The position numbers and the translations under genes were made by a program. The notes under the pieces were generated by a model, which had not been told where the DNA came from, searched no databases, and was given only the letters and a program-made list of their open reading frames with translations. From Bacillales bacterium (GTDB taxonomy: Bacteria > Bacillota_I > Bacilli_A > RFN20 > CAG-449), in contig JAQXGN010000035.1 in assembly GCA_029006735.1 (NCBI GenBank), forward strand, positions 1 to 61,945: a stretch of DNA of 61,945 nt, read 5' to 3'. Shown piece after piece: positions 10,523 to 21,667 of this stretch; the stretch's first letter is position 1, and every line of letters begins with the position of its first letter.

Positions 10523-10636
10523 TTAACCTTGTCTTTGCTTATGTTTTGGGTTAACGCAGATAACCATAATACGGCCTTTTCTACGAATAACTTTACACTT
10601 ATCGCAAATTGGTTTTACTGAAGGTCTAACTTTCAT
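10523..10636 (-). CDS. rpmJ: 50S ribosomal protein L36 (not in the ORF track)
   Basis: Manual translation [37 protein letters not shown], with SD AGGAGG upstream. Confidence 0.98.
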   Translation of the reverse strand: MKVRPSVKPICDKCKVIRRKGRIMVICVNPKHKQRQG

Positions 10637-10686
10637 AAATTTTTCCTCCTAAATTTTCCTAGTTTTATGATACTAGATGATACTTT

Positions 10687-10905
10687 CTATTTGTATCTAA
10701 ATGTTATTCTACCACGTGTTAAATCATAAGGCGATATTTCGATTTTAACTCTATCACCTGGTAAGATGCGAATGTAATTCATACGGATTTTACCAGAAAC
10801 GTGGGCAAGAATTACTACGCCGTTTTCTAACTTTACATTAAACATTGCATTTGGTAAAGTTTCAACGACTACCGCCTCAACTTCTATGACATCTCCTTTT
10901 GCCAT
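10687..10905 (-). CDS. infA: Translation initiation factor IF-1
   Basis: [28 protein letters not shown]. Confidence 0.99.
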   Translation of the reverse strand: MAKGDVIEVEAVVVETLPNAMFNVKLENGVVILAHVSGKIRMNYIRILPGDRVKIEISPYDLTRGRITFRYK

Positions 10906-10908
10906 TCT

Positions 10909-11670
10909 TTAAATTTTTCCTCCATTTGTTGTAAGGATTTCATATCCATCCTTAGTTATAACTATAGAATTTTCATAATGTGCTGCTAACTTGTGATCAC
11001 AGGTTACTGCTGTCCAACCATCACTTAGAACTCTAGTTTCTTTTCTACCTTCTAATATAATTGGTTCAATTGCAACTGTCATTCCTTCCTTTAATGGCAT
11101 ACCAGTATTTGGTGTCCCATAATTAGGAATTGATGGATCTTCATGCATTGATCTACCTAAAGCATGGCCTGTATAATCACGTGTTACTTGGAATCCATTC
11201 TCTTCCGCATGTTTTTGGATTACTGCTCCAATATCGCCAACTCTTACACCTGGACGAATAATTTTCATTGCTTCAAAGAAACACTCTCTTGTAACATCAA
11301 TAAGTTTTTGAGCTGCAGGGCTTATTTTACCAACAGGGAAAGTCCTACATGCATCAGCCATATACCCTTGATAAGAAACAACAATATCTAATGAAACTAT
11401 ATCCCCATCTTTTAATTTAATATTAGCAGAAGGAATGCCATGGACAACCACATCATTAACTGATGCACAGATTGCTGCTGGATATCCATAGTATCCTTTC
11501 TCTGCTGGAATAGCACCAGCATCACGAATCATCTTTTCCGCAACATCGGAAAGATGCTTCGTTGTAGTGCCAGGTATACATAAGGTTTCAAGTTTATCAA
11601 ATACATTAGCAAGGATTTCACCTGCTTTTTTCATCAAAGCGATTTCTCTACTAGATTTGATTGTTACCAT
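10909..11670 (-). CDS. map: Type I methionine aminopeptidase
   Basis: SVNDVVVHGIP, MHEDP, AIEP, AHYEN. Confidence 0.97.
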   Translation of the reverse strand: MVTIKSSREIALMKKAGEILANVFDKLETLCIPGTTTKHLSDVAEKMIRDAGAIPAEKGYYGYPAAICASVNDVVVHGIPSANIKLKDGDIVSLDIVVSYQGYMADACRTFPVGKISPAAQKLIDVTRECFFEAMKIIRPGVRVGDIGAVIQKHAEENGFQVTRDYTGHALGRSMHEDPSIPNYGTPNTGMPLKEGMTVAIEPIILEGRKETRVLSDGWTAVTCDHKLAAHYENSIVITKDGYEILTTNGGKI

Positions 11671-11675
11671 AAATA

Positions 11676-12326
11676 TTATTTAACCTCATCAAGTAATTTT
11701 TGAATGTCATTGAAAACATCAGGGATGCTCTTTAAACCATTTACAGATTTACATAAGCCAAGATTTGCATAAAAATCAATAAGTGGCTTAGTTTGGTTTT
11801 CATAAGCATCTAATCTCACATTAAGACTTTCAATAGTGTCATCCTTTCTTTGAATTAATTCACTACCGCATGCATCACAGATGCCATCAGTTTTAGGTAA
11901 TTTGAATTGTAAGTGATATGAATTGCCACATTGAGGACAAACACGTCTACCGGAAATTCTTTTAACTAATTCATCTTTGTCTGCTTCGATATTAATAACT
12001 AATTCAACAGGACGTGAGATTTCTTTTGCTAAAACTTGTAAAGCTTCAGCTTGTGGAATAGTACGAGGAAATCCATCAAGAAGATAACCATTTTTACAAT
12101 CATCTTTTGATAATCTTTCTTTAACTAATCCAATTGTGACTTCATCAGGAACTAATAAGCCTTTTGTAATATAATTTTGTGCTTCTAAACCTAATGGAGT
12201 TTTATTCTTGATTGCTTCTCTAAACATATCACCTGTAGAGATATGTGGAATTGAACAATATTCAAGAATTTTTTCTGATTGAGTACCTTTGCCTGCTCCA
12301 GGTGGACCCATTAAAATAATATTCAT
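11676..12326 (-). CDS. adk: Adenylate kinase
   Basis: GPPGAGKGTQ, LDGFPR, Cys4 lid. Confidence 0.99.
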   Translation of the reverse strand: MNIILMGPPGAGKGTQSEKILEYCSIPHISTGDMFREAIKNKTPLGLEAQNYITKGLLVPDEVTIGLVKERLSKDDCKNGYLLDGFPRTIPQAEALQVLAKEISRPVELVINIEADKDELVKRISGRRVCPQCGNSYHLQFKLPKTDGICDACGSELIQRKDDTIESLNVRLDAYENQTKPLIDFYANLGLCKSVNGLKSIPDVFNDIQKLLDEVK

Positions 12327-12345
12327 TAATATATCCTCCTGAAGA

Positions 12346-13695
12346 CTAAGCTACTGCAGTTGCGTGAGTATCTGCAGCGATAAGACCTTCGATTTGTTTG
12401 TATGTTTCTAAAGCAACACCAACAACGATGATCATACCAGTTCCTCCTAAGGCAAGTGAAGAAGGAACAAGTTCTAATAATGTGAGTACAATTGGGAATG
12501 CAGCAATTAATGTTAACGCTGAAGCTCCTAAGAAAGTGACTCTATTAAGAACTTTTTTAACATAACGGAATGTTTCATTACCTGGTCTAACACCTGGAAT
12601 ATAAGTGCCTGACTTTTGGAAGTCTTCCGCTAATCTTTCTGGGTTAATAGTTAAGTTGGAATAGAAGAAGCTAAATACAAATGTTAAGAAAACATAGATA
12701 ATTAAGCCCCAAGGCATATACCAAATTTTGCCATTAAACCAAGTCATCTCTGTTAAGGCTGAAGAAGTAAATACTTTTAAGACATTCATAATGACGTCAT
12801 TTGAAGTATAATCTTCAACAATGAATGAGATAATAACTGCTGGAGCCATCATAATTGATGAAGCAAAGATGACAGGAATAACACCAGCTGAGTTAATCTT
12901 AATTGGTAAGAAAGATGTATTATTGACTTTAGCATTTAATGCTCCGCCTGTACCAGAATGTTGTACTGGAATCTTTCTTATTGATTTTTCGATGAATGTA
13001 ACAAAGACAATAATTAAGACTAATGTAATTAAATATAAGCCTAATTTAAGAGATCCTTGTATAATTCTAGCTCTCTCAGTAACTAACTCACTTGTTAAGA
13101 AGTAAGAAGTTGCTTGGAAAATTTGAGATGGTAATGAAGAAACAATACCTGCGAAGATAATCATGGAAACACCGTTTCCGACACCTTTTTCAGTAATTTG
13201 GTCCGCCATCCACATGACAAGCATTGAGCCAGCCATTAAGTATAAAATAATTTTTGCATAAACCCAGAATGTTAATGTCTCGCTAAAGACAATAGCTTCT
13301 GAGTTGTGCATTGTTACGATAATACCATATGCTTGGACAGCGCCAAGTACAAGGGTTAAGTAACGTGTTGCCATTTCGATCTTTTTACGACCTGATTGAC
13401 CTTGTTTTGAAAGTTCAGTTAATGCAGGAAGAACGTCTTTGGAAAGAAGTTCGATAATAATTGAAGCTGTAATGTATGGTGAAACGCCAAGAGCAAAAAC
13501 TGAGAAGTTTTGTAAAGCACCACCACCCATTAAATTCATCAAACTAAGAATATCTGTATCTTTAATTGATTCCGATAAAGAAACACCAGGAACAGTAATA
13601 TTTGAACCGATTCTAAATACGAGGAAGATCATGAGTGTAAAGAGAATTCTCTCTCTAACATCTTTATTCTTTAATATGGCAACTAGTTTCTTCAT
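12346..13695 (-). CDS. secY: Preprotein translocase SecY
   Basis: FALGVSPYITASII, GVGNGVS, AGVIPVIFASS, IPGVRPG. Confidence 0.98.
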   Translation of the reverse strand: MKKLVAILKNKDVRERILFTLMIFLVFRIGSNITVPGVSLSESIKDTDILSLMNLMGGGALQNFSVFALGVSPYITASIIIELLSKDVLPALTELSKQGQSGRKKIEMATRYLTLVLGAVQAYGIIVTMHNSEAIVFSETLTFWVYAKIILYLMAGSMLVMWMADQITEKGVGNGVSMIIFAGIVSSLPSQIFQATSYFLTSELVTERARIIQGSLKLGLYLITLVLIIVFVTFIEKSIRKIPVQHSGTGGALNAKVNNTSFLPIKINSAGVIPVIFASSIMMAPAVIISFIVEDYTSNDVIMNVLKVFTSSALTEMTWFNGKIWYMPWGLIIYVFLTFVFSFFYSNLTINPERLAEDFQKSGTYIPGVRPGNETFRYVKKVLNRVTFLGASALTLIAAFPIVLTLLELVPSSLALGGTGMIIVVGVALETYKQIEGLIAADTHATAVA

Positions 13696-13696
13696 A

Positions 13697-14137
13697 CTAG
13701 AGTACCTCTACAGAACCGCCTGCATTTTCAATAGCAGCTTTAGCTGAAGCTGATACTTTGCAGCCTTTAACAACTAATTTCTTTGTTAATTCGCCATCAC
13801 CTAATACTTTAACATTTACACTTGAAGAAGGAACTAAGCCTTTCTCAATTAATAATGTTGGTGTAATAACAGTTTCATCATCGAAACCATTTAAATCACG
13901 AATATTAACAACTTCATATTCTACTCTATTGATATTGTTGAAGCCTCTTTTTGGTAATCTTCTATAAATTGGGTTTTGGCCACCTTCAAATCCAGGGCGA
14001 GTTCCGCCACCGCTTCTTGATTTTTGACCTTTATTACCTGATCCACCGTTTTTACCTAAGCCTGAGCCTAATCCACGGCAAATTCTTTTCTTAGAAGATC
14101 TTGAACCTTCGTTATATTTTAATTCATTAAGATTCAT
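13697..14137 (-). CDS. rplO: 50S ribosomal protein L15
   Basis: KGQKSRSG, GFEGGQ, RRLPKRGF. Confidence 0.99.
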   Translation of the reverse strand: MNLNELKYNEGSRSSKKRICRGLGSGLGKNGGSGNKGQKSRSGGGTRPGFEGGQNPIYRRLPKRGFNNINRVEYEVVNIRDLNGFDDETVITPTLLIEKGLVPSSSVNVKVLGDGELTKKLVVKGCKVSASAKAAIENAGGSVEVL

Positions 14138-14148
14138 TGAAGTACCTC

Positions 14149-14748
14149 CTATTTACGAAGTGCAGCAATTTGTGCACTTGTATGGATTTGTGATAGACCA
14201 GCTGAAGTAGCTCTGATACAGTTGATTGGTGTTCTTGAGCCATAAACTTTTGAACAGATATTTTTGATACCTGCAAGTTCAAGAATAGCTCTAACTGGAC
14301 CACCAGCAATAATTCCAGTACCTTCAGGAGCTGGTTTTAAATAAACTTTTGATGCACCAAATTCGCCATAAACTTCGTGTGGAATTGTACCATTGACAAT
14401 AGCGATATGGAACATATTCTTTTTAGCAGCTTCTAATGCTTTCTTGATTGCATCTGGGACTTCAGCAGCTTTACCTGTTCCGAAACCATAATTTCCTTTG
14501 CCATCACCAATAACGATTAATGCTGCGAAACGCATGTGTTTTCCACCTTTAACAGTTTTTGAAATTCTGTTAATTGAAACTACACGTTCCTCATATTGTT
14601 TTTCAAATGGTTTATCTTTACCTTCTCTACGTTGAGGTTTTTTACCATCTTTTCTTGGACCTTTGAAAGGTCTATCGCCTCTAGGAGCTCTAACTGGTTT
14701 TGCTTCTGGTGCTGCTTCTTTAGCAACTACTTTATTTTCTTCTGCCAT
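14149..14748 (-). CDS. rpsE: 30S ribosomal protein S5 (N-terminal extension)
   Basis: [24 protein letters not shown]. Confidence 0.99.
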   Translation of the reverse strand: MAEENKVVAKEAAPEAKPVRAPRGDRPFKGPRKDGKKPQRREGKDKPFEKQYEERVVSINRISKTVKGGKHMRFAALIVIGDGKGNYGFGTGKAAEVPDAIKKALEAAKKNMFHIAIVNGTIPHEVYGEFGASKVYLKPAPEGTGIIAGGPVRAILELAGIKNICSKVYGSRTPINCIRATSAGLSQIHTSAQIAALRK

Positions 14749-14759
14749 TTGTCTACCTC

Positions 14760-15116
14760 CTAGAATTGTAAGCCAGCTTCACGAGCTGCTTCTGCGACTG
14801 CTTGGACACGTCCATGATAGACATAACCAGCACGGTCAAATACGACCTTAGTAATACCTTTTGCTAATGCAACTTCAGCAATTTTTGCGCCAACTGCTTT
14901 AGCAGCTTCAATATTACCACCATTTTCTAATTTTAATGCAACTGAACTAGCTGCACAAAGTGTAACACCGTTGACATCGTCAATAACTTGAACGCTGATG
15001 TGCTTGTTTGAACGATAAACGCTCAATCTAGGACATTCTGGAGTTCCGCTAACTTTAGCACGAACACGAGCATGACGTCTAACACGGCTAATTTCTTTTG
15101 ATTCCTTGTTAATCAT
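14760..15116 (-). CDS. rplR: 50S ribosomal protein L18
   Basis: [21 protein letters not shown]. Confidence 0.99.
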   Translation of the reverse strand: MINKESKEISRVRRHARVRAKVSGTPECPRLSVYRSNKHISVQVIDDVNGVTLCAASSVALKLENGGNIEAAKAVGAKIAEVALAKGITKVVFDRAGYVYHGRVQAVAEAAREAGLQF

Positions 15117-15141
15117 ATTCTATTAAATTCCTTTCTAAGCA

Positions 15142-15684
15142 CTATTTCTTACCAGCGCGTTTACCTTCTTTACGGAGGATAACTTCGCCAACATATTTAA
15201 TACCTTTACCTTTATATGGTTCAGGTTCACGAACTGATCTAATTCTTGCTGCTGTTTGGCCAACTGCTTGAGCATCAATACCTTCTACAGTAATCTTTGT
15301 AGCCTCTGGAGCTGTAATTTTTACGCCTTCATCTGGAGTAATAACTACTTCATGAGAATAACCCATGTTAAGAACTAAATTTGTTCCTCTCATTTGGCAT
15401 CTATAACCGATACCAACGATTTCTAAGTTTTTCTTGAATCCTTCGCTTACACCAACAACCATTGAGTTAATTAAAGCTCTTGTTGTTCCGTGTAATGAAC
15501 GAGATTCGATTTCATCATTTGGTCTTTCACAGATAACTTCATTATTTTCAACTTTGATAGAAATAATTGGAGCGAAGTCTCTTACTAAAGTACCTTTTGG
15601 TCCTTTAACTTCAACGTGTGAACCATTAACTGTTACTGTAACACCTGATGGGATAGCAATAGGTTTTTTACCGATTCTTGACAT
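15142..15684 (-). CDS. rplF: 50S ribosomal protein L6
   Basis: MSRIGK start at 15684 after GGAGG; PEPYKGKGI. Confidence 0.99.
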   Translation of the reverse strand: MSRIGKKPIAIPSGVTVTVNGSHVEVKGPKGTLVRDFAPIISIKVENNEVICERPNDEIESRSLHGTTRALINSMVVGVSEGFKKNLEIVGIGYRCQMRGTNLVLNMGYSHEVVITPDEGVKITAPEATKITVEGIDAQAVGQTAARIRSVREPEPYKGKGIKYVGEVILRKEGKRAGKK

Positions 15685-15695
15685 ATTTCTACCTC

Positions 15696-16091
15696 CTACC
15701 AAACGTAAGCGACAACTTCGCCACCGATACCTAATTTACGAGCTTTTTTATCTGTCATTAAACCTTGTGAAGTTGAAATGATTGCGATACCTAAGCCGTT
15801 TAAGACTCTTGGAAGTTTGTCTGCTGGAGCATTAACTCTTAAACCTGGTTTTGAAATTTTCTTTAAACCTGAGATGACTTTAACGCCACCTTCTGAATAT
15901 TTAAGTGTTAATGTTAATTCTTTTTTTACATCACCATCAACTACATAGTCAACGATGAATCCTTCTTCTTTTAAGATTTTTGCAATATTTACTTTCATTG
16001 TAGAAGAAGGCATTGATACTTTTTCTTTTCTTAATGCGTTTGCGTTACGAATTCTTGTAAGCATATCTGCAATTGGATCTGTCATTACCAT
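15696..16091 (-). CDS. rpsH: 30S ribosomal protein S8
   Basis: [23 protein letters not shown]. Confidence 0.99.
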   Translation of the reverse strand: MVMTDPIADMLTRIRNANALRKEKVSMPSSTMKVNIAKILKEEGFIVDYVVDGDVKKELTLTLKYSEGGVKVISGLKKISKPGLRVNAPADKLPRVLNGLGIAIISTSQGLMTDKKARKLGIGGEVVAYVW

Positions 16092-16103
16092 TATACTTTC
16101 CTC

Positions 16104-16289
16104 CTACCATGATGATTTAGTCATACCTGGGATTTCTCCTTTGTATGCTAAATTTCTTAAACAAATACGGCATACGCCGAATTTTCTGATAACAGAATGT
16201 GGACGTCCACAAATTCTGCATCTTGAATACTCTCTGACCTTAAATTTTTGAGGACGAGATTGTTTTACTTTTAATGCTGTTCTTGCCAT
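16104..16289 (-). CDS. rpsN: 30S ribosomal protein S14 (type Z, Zn-binding)
   Basis: 61 aa, CRICGR...CRIC, GEIPG. Confidence 0.98.
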   Translation of the reverse strand: MARTALKVKQSRPQKFKVREYSRCRICGRPHSVIRKFGVCRICLRNLAYKGEIPGMTKSSW

Positions 16290-16309
16290 AACTTTCTTAT
16301 CCTCCTTTA

Positions 16310-16849
16310 CTATTTATGGAATGGCATACCCATTAACTCGAGTAATGTATATGCTTCTTGGTCTGTGTTTGCTGTTGTTACGATAACAATATCCATACCT
16401 CTGATTTTACCGATTTTATCAAAATCGATTTCTGGGAAGATTAATTGTTCTTTAACGCCTAATGTATAGTTTCCTCTACCGTCGAAAGCATTTTTGCTTA
16501 CACCACGGAAGTCTCTAACACGTGGAAGTGAAATAGAAACTAATTTATCGAAGAATTCATACATTCTATCGCCTCTTAAAGTTACTTTACAGCCAATTGC
16601 TTGACCTTCTCTTAACTTGAATGTAGCGATTGATTTTTTTGCTTTTGTGATGACTGGTTTTTGACCTGAAATAATTGTCAAATCTCTAACTGCATCTTCT
16701 AATAATTTTGAGTTGCTAGTAGCATCACCAACACCAATATTGATAACAATTTTATTGAGTGCAGGGACTTGCATAACTGAATCATAATGATATGTATCCA
16801 TTAATTTAGCAACGACTTCATTTTTATATTTATCTTTTAAACGTGCCAT
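16310..16849 (-). CDS. rplE: 50S ribosomal protein L5
   Basis: [20 protein letters not shown]. Confidence 0.99.
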   Translation of the reverse strand: MARLKDKYKNEVVAKLMDTYHYDSVMQVPALNKIVINIGVGDATSNSKLLEDAVRDLTIISGQKPVITKAKKSIATFKLREGQAIGCKVTLRGDRMYEFFDKLVSISLPRVRDFRGVSKNAFDGRGNYTLGVKEQLIFPEIDFDKIGKIRGMDIVIVTTANTDQEAYTLLELMGMPFHK

Positions 16850-16862
16850 ATTCAGTTACCTC

Positions 16863-17168
16863 CTAGATTGCTTTGCCGGTTTTCTTATTAACACGGACTT
16901 TTTTACCATCTTCAATCTTGTATCCAACTTTTACAACTTTCTTTGCTTTTTCATCATAGAGAGCTACATTAGATGCATCGATTGGAGCATACATTTCAAC
17001 AATAGAACCTTCTGGGTTTGATTGTGTTGGTTTTTGATGTTTTTTAACTGTATGAACGCCATCAACAACAACTCTATTTAATTTTGGGAAAACTTTTTGA
17101 ATTGTGCCGACTGTTCCTTTATCTGCGCCTGCAATAACGATTACTTTATCGCCTGTTTTAAGTTTCAT
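16863..17168 (-). CDS. rplX: 50S ribosomal protein L24
   Basis: GDKVIVIAGADKG, KKHQKP, SNV. Confidence 0.98.
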   Translation of the reverse strand: MKLKTGDKVIVIAGADKGTVGTIQKVFPKLNRVVVDGVHTVKKHQKPTQSNPEGSIVEMYAPIDASNVALYDEKAKKVVKVGYKIEDGKKVRVNKKTGKAI

Positions 17169-17182
17169 AATCGGGCTACCTC

Positions 17183-17557
17183 CTATAAGACTTCTGGTGC
17201 TAAGGAAATAATTTTCATAAATCCTTCACCCTTTTCACGTAATTCTCTAGCAACTGGGCCAAAGACACGTGTGCCACGAGGAGTACCGTCGTCATTAATA
17301 ATGACAACTGCGTTATCATCGAAGCTAACATTTGAACCGTCTGGTCTTCTGACATTTTTAACAGTTCTTACGATGACGCCTTTTACAACATCACCTTTTT
17401 TGATTTTACCATTAGGAATTGCATCCTTAACTGCGCAAAGAACGATATCACCAACTGATGATGATTTTCTTTTTGATCCGCCATATAAACGGAAGACACG
17501 GACTGATCTTGCGCCAGAGTTGTCTGCAACAACTAAGTTTGTTTCTGTTTGAACCAT
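17183..17557 (-). CDS. rplN: 50S ribosomal protein L14
   Basis: [26 protein letters not shown]. Confidence 0.99.
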   Translation of the reverse strand: MVQTETNLVVADNSGARSVRVFRLYGGSKRKSSSVGDIVLCAVKDAIPNGKIKKGDVVKGVIVRTVKNVRRPDGSNVSFDDNAVVIINDDGTPRGTRVFGPVARELREKGEGFMKIISLAPEVL

Positions 17558-17579
17558 ACTTTCTTTATCCTCCTATTTA

Positions 17580-17846
17580 TTATTTAACGTCTTCTGCGCG
17601 AGCGACAATTTTTACTAAACGGAAATGTTTATTAGCTGAGAGTTTACGAGTTTCCATAATTTGAACTGTATCTCCAACTTTACATTCGTTATTTTCATCA
17701 TGTGCGAAATATTTTTTAGAGTATTTAACTCTCTTGCCATATTTTGCATCTTTCTTATAAGTTTTAACTAAAACGATGATTGTTTTATCACATTTATCTG
17801 ATGTAACAACACCTTGAATAACTCTACGTGTATTTCTTTCTGCCAT
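17580..17846 (-). CDS. rpsQ: 30S ribosomal protein S17
   Basis: [22 protein letters not shown]. Confidence 0.98.
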   Translation of the reverse strand: MAERNTRRVIQGVVTSDKCDKTIIVLVKTYKKDAKYGKRVKYSKKYFAHDENNECKVGDTVQIMETRKLSANKHFRLVKIVARAEDVK

Positions 17847-17859
17847 GTTTTAGTTCCTC

Positions 17860-18057
17860 CTAGTTTAATCCGAGTTCGCGTTCTTTTAATACAGTATAAA
17901 TACGTGCAATTGATTTACGAACTTCTGTGATTTTTTTGCCATTTTCTAATTGGCCTGTTGCGTGTTGGAAACGTAATTGTAATAATTCTTGTTTTAATTC
18001 GTAAACTTTTGAATTTAATTCATCAGTTGACATTTCTTTAATTTCTGCAATCTTCAT
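17860..18057 (-). CDS. rpmC: 50S ribosomal protein L29
   Basis: LRFQHATGQLEN, IARIYT. Confidence 0.98.
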   Translation of the reverse strand: MKIAEIKEMSTDELNSKVYELKQELLQLRFQHATGQLENGKKITEVRKSIARIYTVLKERELGLN

Positions 18058-18059
18058 AA

Positions 18060-18476
18060 TTACTTATTGTCTCCTTTCGCAATAATTTTTGTTTTTATTG
18101 GGAGTTTATAAGCAGCTAAGCGAAGAGCTTCTCTAGCTTGTTCTTCTGGGACTCCACCGATTTCAAACATAACACGGCCAGTTTTAACAACTGCTACCCA
18201 TTGATCTACTGAACCTTTACCAGAACCCATACGAACTTCTGCAGGTTTCTTTGTTTTTGCAAGTTGTGGGAAAATTCTAATCCAAATTTGTCCACTTCTT
18301 TTTGTGTATCTAGCTAATACGATACGAGCTGATTCAATTTGTCTAGCTGTAATCCAGTTTCCGGAGACAGCTTGGAGACCAAATTCACCAAAAGATACTT
18401 CGTTACCAGCTTTTGATAAACCTTCGTACTTAATTGAGTGTGGTCTTCTATATTTAACTCTTTTTGGTTGTAACAT
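18060..18476 (-). CDS. rplP: 50S ribosomal protein L16
   Basis: [21 protein letters not shown]. Confidence 0.99.
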   Translation of the reverse strand: MLQPKRVKYRRPHSIKYEGLSKAGNEVSFGEFGLQAVSGNWITARQIESARIVLARYTKRSGQIWIRIFPQLAKTKKPAEVRMGSGKGSVDQWVAVVKTGRVMFEIGGVPEEQAREALRLAAYKLPIKTKIIAKGDNK

Positions 18477-18482
18477 AGTAAA

Positions 18483-19154
18483 CTATTCTCCTTTCTTTTC
18501 AACTGGGTTTGATTCTTTCTTGAATCTAGCAGCAACACCACGGCTAATCCAAACTTTGCAGCCTAATTTACCATATTGTGTTGAAGCTTCTGCAATAGCG
18601 TAGTCAACATCCATACGTAATGTATGAAGTGAAACAACACCTTCTTTATAGCCTTCTGAACGAGCAATATCAGCTCCGCCTAAACGACCACTGACTGAAG
18701 TTTTGATACCAGCAGCACCTGACTTCATAACTCTTTGAATAGCTTTCTTTTGAACATTTCTAAATGAAGCACGTGCTTCGAGTTGAGCTGCCATATCTTG
18801 AGCAATAATTGTTGCATCTAAGCCTGGATTTTTAACTTCAACTACTGATAATTTAACATCACCAGATTTTACTAATTTAGAAATTTTCTTTTGTAATAAT
18901 TTAACGTTTGCACCATCTTGTCCTAATACAACACCTGGACGTGCTGTAAATACTGAAACAGTAACAATGCCTTTTGATCTTTCGATTTCGACGTGAGATA
19001 CTGAAGCATCCTTTAAATCCTTATTAATTAAAGATCTAATTTTATAATCTTCATTTAAGAAGTCAGCGAAATCTTTCTTATTTGCATACCATTTAGAATT
19101 CCAATCACGGCTAATACCGATTCTCATTCCAACTGGACTTACTTTTTGACCCAT
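18483..19154 (-). CDS. rpsC: 30S ribosomal protein S3
   Basis: MGQKVSP, SGRLGGADIARSE, LHTLR. Confidence 0.99.
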   Translation of the reverse strand: MGQKVSPVGMRIGISRDWNSKWYANKKDFADFLNEDYKIRSLINKDLKDASVSHVEIERSKGIVTVSVFTARPGVVLGQDGANVKLLQKKISKLVKSGDVKLSVVEVKNPGLDATIIAQDMAAQLEARASFRNVQKKAIQRVMKSGAAGIKTSVSGRLGGADIARSEGYKEGVVSLHTLRMDVDYAIAEASTQYGKLGCKVWISRGVAARFKKESNPVEKKGE

Positions 19155-19166
19155 GTTCGCTTCCTC

Positions 19167-19499
19167 CTATCTTTCTGCTACAACACATGTGATGTGGCTT
19201 GTTCTTTTAATGAGTGAATCAGCTGAGCCTTTAGCTCTTGGTAGATATCTTTTTAATCTTGGACCTTCATTTGCATAGATTGTCTTGATATAGAGTTTTG
19301 ATTCATCCATTTTATTGTTGTTAACAGCATTTGCTGCTGCTGATTTAATTAATTTAGTAACAACTACTGTTGCTGATTTATTAACGTTTGCTAAGATACC
19401 TAATGCATCTGCAACATTTTTACCTCTTACTAAATCAATGACGAGTTTTACTTTTCTAGGAGTGATACGGACTCCAGTTACTTTTGCTGTTGCTTCCAT
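19167..19499 (-). CDS. rplV: 50S ribosomal protein L22
   Basis: RITPRK, SAAANA, PRAKG, RTSHIT. Confidence 0.99.
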   Translation of the reverse strand: MEATAKVTGVRITPRKVKLVIDLVRGKNVADALGILANVNKSATVVVTKLIKSAAANAVNNNKMDESKLYIKTIYANEGPRLKRYLPRAKGSADSLIKRTSHITCVVAER

Positions 19500-19508
19500 A
19501 CTTTCCTC

Positions 19509-19787
19509 CTATCTCTTAGCTGACTTATCATTGCCAGCGTGTCCTTTGTATGTTCTTGTTGGTGCGAATTCACCTAACTTGTGACCGACCATATCTTCTG
19601 TTACATATACTGTAATAAATTCATGACCATTGTATACTGCGAAAGAGTGTTCAATGAATACTGGGAAGATTGTTGATCTTCTTGACCATGTTTTAATTAA
19701 TTCTTTTTTATGAGCCTCATTTAAAGCGACTACTTTTTTCATTAAGTGTTCATCACAGAATGGACCCTTTTTTAAACTACGTGCCAT
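19509..19787 (-). CDS. rpsS: 30S ribosomal protein S19
   Basis: [27 protein letters not shown]. Confidence 0.99.
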   Translation of the reverse strand: MARSLKKGPFCDEHLMKKVVALNEAHKKELIKTWSRRSTIFPVFIEHSFAVYNGHEFITVYVTEDMVGHKLGEFAPTRTYKGHAGNDKSAKR

Positions 19788-19806
19788 AATTCACTTTTCT
19801 CCTTTC

Positions 19807-20649
19807 CTAGTATGCTTTCCCACCGTCAGCTCTTCTGACGATTAATTTGCTAGATGCTTTCTTTGATTTTCTTGTCTTAACGCCAAGTGCACGTTTACCC
19901 CAAGGAGTTCTTGGTGCATCACGTCCAACTGGACATTTACCTTCACCACCACCATGAGGGTGATCGTTAGGGTTCATAACAGAACCTCTGACAGTAGGTC
20001 TTACACCATACCATCTGTTCTTACCTGCTTTACCAAAGTTAACTAAGTTCCAGTCTTCATTACCGACAATACCAACTGTTGCACGGCATGCGCCTAAAAC
20101 TTTTCTTACTTCACCTGAAGCTAAACGTAATGTAACGTATTTACCTTCAACGCCTAAGACTTGAGCTGATGTACCAGCTGCACGGCACATTTGGCCGCCT
20201 TTCATAGGTTGTAATTCAACATTGTGAACGAATGTACCTTCTGGAATATTTCTTAATTCCATAGCGTTACCGACTTTAATATCAACTGCTTCGCCAGATT
20301 CAATTTTGTCTCCGACTTTGATGTTTTGTGGTGCTAAGATATATCTTTTTTCACCATCTACATAATTGATTAAACAGATATTTGCATTTCTGTTTGGATC
20401 GTATTCGATTGTAGCGACTACACCAACGATTCCATCTTTATTTCTCTTGAAGTCAATAACACGGTATTTTCTTTTGTTACCTCCACCAATATGGCGGCAT
20501 GTAATCATACCAGTATTATTACGTCCACCTGTTTTATTAAGTGAAACTAATAAACTTTTTTCAGGAGTAGATGTTGTAATTTCTTGGAATGTTGATTGAG
20601 TCATATGACGACGGCTTGGTGTCGTTGGTTTATAACTTCTAATTGACAT
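19807..20649 (-). CDS. rplB: 50S ribosomal protein L2
   Basis: [24 protein letters not shown]. Confidence 0.99.
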   Translation of the reverse strand: MSIRSYKPTTPSRRHMTQSTFQEITTSTPEKSLLVSLNKTGGRNNTGMITCRHIGGGNKRKYRVIDFKRNKDGIVGVVATIEYDPNRNANICLINYVDGEKRYILAPQNIKVGDKIESGEAVDIKVGNAMELRNIPEGTFVHNVELQPMKGGQMCRAAGTSAQVLGVEGKYVTLRLASGEVRKVLGACRATVGIVGNEDWNLVNFGKAGKNRWYGVRPTVRGSVMNPNDHPHGGGEGKCPVGRDAPRTPWGKRALGVKTRKSKKASSKLIVRRADGGKAY

Positions 20650-20681
20650 ATTTTTTCTTTCTCCTATATTCGGCTTTTGCC

Positions 20682-21026
20682 TTATTCATTAACTACGTTA
20701 ATTTTGTCAGCTGCGTTAATTGTAACGATAGCTTTCTTGAAGCCATTAACTACGCCTTCGTAACGGCCAACTCTCTTTGTGTGAGAGTTTGTATTGATGA
20801 TTTTAACATCATCGACTTTAACATTGAAAATTTCTTGAACAGCAATTTTGATTTGAGTTTTGTTTGCTTTATTTGAAACTTTTAATGTGATTTTGTTTTC
20901 TTCTTGTTGTGCTTTCATTGTTTTTTCAGTAACAATTGGAGCGATAATAATGTCGAAACTACTCATTTGAGGAGCTGCATATTTTCTTTCTTCGACTACA
21001 GCTTCATTCTTCTTTGCTCTTGGCAT
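20682..21026 (-). CDS. rplW: 50S ribosomal protein L23 (N-terminal extension)
   Basis: [19 protein letters not shown]. Confidence 0.97.
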   Translation of the reverse strand: MPRAKKNEAVVEERKYAAPQMSSFDIIIAPIVTEKTMKAQQEENKITLKVSNKANKTQIKIAVQEIFNVKVDDVKIINTNSHTKRVGRYEGVVNGFKKAIVTINAADKINVVNE

Positions 21027-21664
21027 TAATTGAGACCTCCTTCGACTTCTTTAACAGCTGCTTTTGTAAAGACAACACTGTTTGTATTTAAGATGTCATA
21101 GACACTTAAGTTATTTGTACCAACTACGATGACGCCTGGGATGTTTCTAACTGAAGCAACTAAGTTGTCATTTTCTTCATTGATAACAATTAATGTTTTT
21201 GCTTTAGCTTTAATATTTGCAAGCATTGCTGCACCATTCTTTGTTGAAATTGTTTCGAAGTTAAATTCATCAACAACAATGATATCTTTGCTTGCTGCTT
21301 TAAGTGAAAGAGCTGACTTAAGAGCTAATGCATGTTCTTTCTTGTTTTGAGAAAGTTTGTAGTTTTGATTTCCTCTTGGTCCAAATGCGATACCGCCTTT
21401 TCTCCAAATTGGGGAACGTGATGAACCAGCTCTTGCTCTACCTGTGCCTTTTTGTCTCCATGGTTTTTTACCGCCACCTCTAACTTCTGCACGAGTTAAA
21501 ACTTTTGCTGTACCTTGTCTCATATTTGCTTGATAAACTTGAACTGAATCAAACATAACTTGGTTATTTGCTTCGATTCCGAATACTGCTGCGCTTACTA
21601 AGACTTTGCTTACGTCTTCACCTGATTGGTTAATGACTTTTAAAGTAACTTTCTTTTCTGCCAT
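21026..21664 (-). CDS. rplD: 50S ribosomal protein L4
   Basis: GGGKKPWRQKGTGRARAGS, RNIPGV. Confidence 0.99.
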   Translation of the reverse strand: MAEKKVTLKVINQSGEDVSKVLVSAAVFGIEANNQVMFDSVQVYQANMRQGTAKVLTRAEVRGGGKKPWRQKGTGRARAGSSRSPIWRKGGIAFGPRGNQNYKLSQNKKEHALALKSALSLKAASKDIIVVDEFNFETISTKNGAAMLANIKAKAKTLIVINEENDNLVASVRNIPGVIVVGTNNLSVYDILNTNSVVFTKAAVKEVEGGLN

Positions 21665-21667
21665 AGA

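Noticed and set aside
15685-15702. Extended N-termini given by the ORF track for rplF (likewise rplC, rpoB, rplK, tdk, thiT, folT, oppB, oppF)
   Set aside because: Downstream starts have proper SD spacing and match family N-termini. The extensions overlap upstream genes or regulatory RNA.
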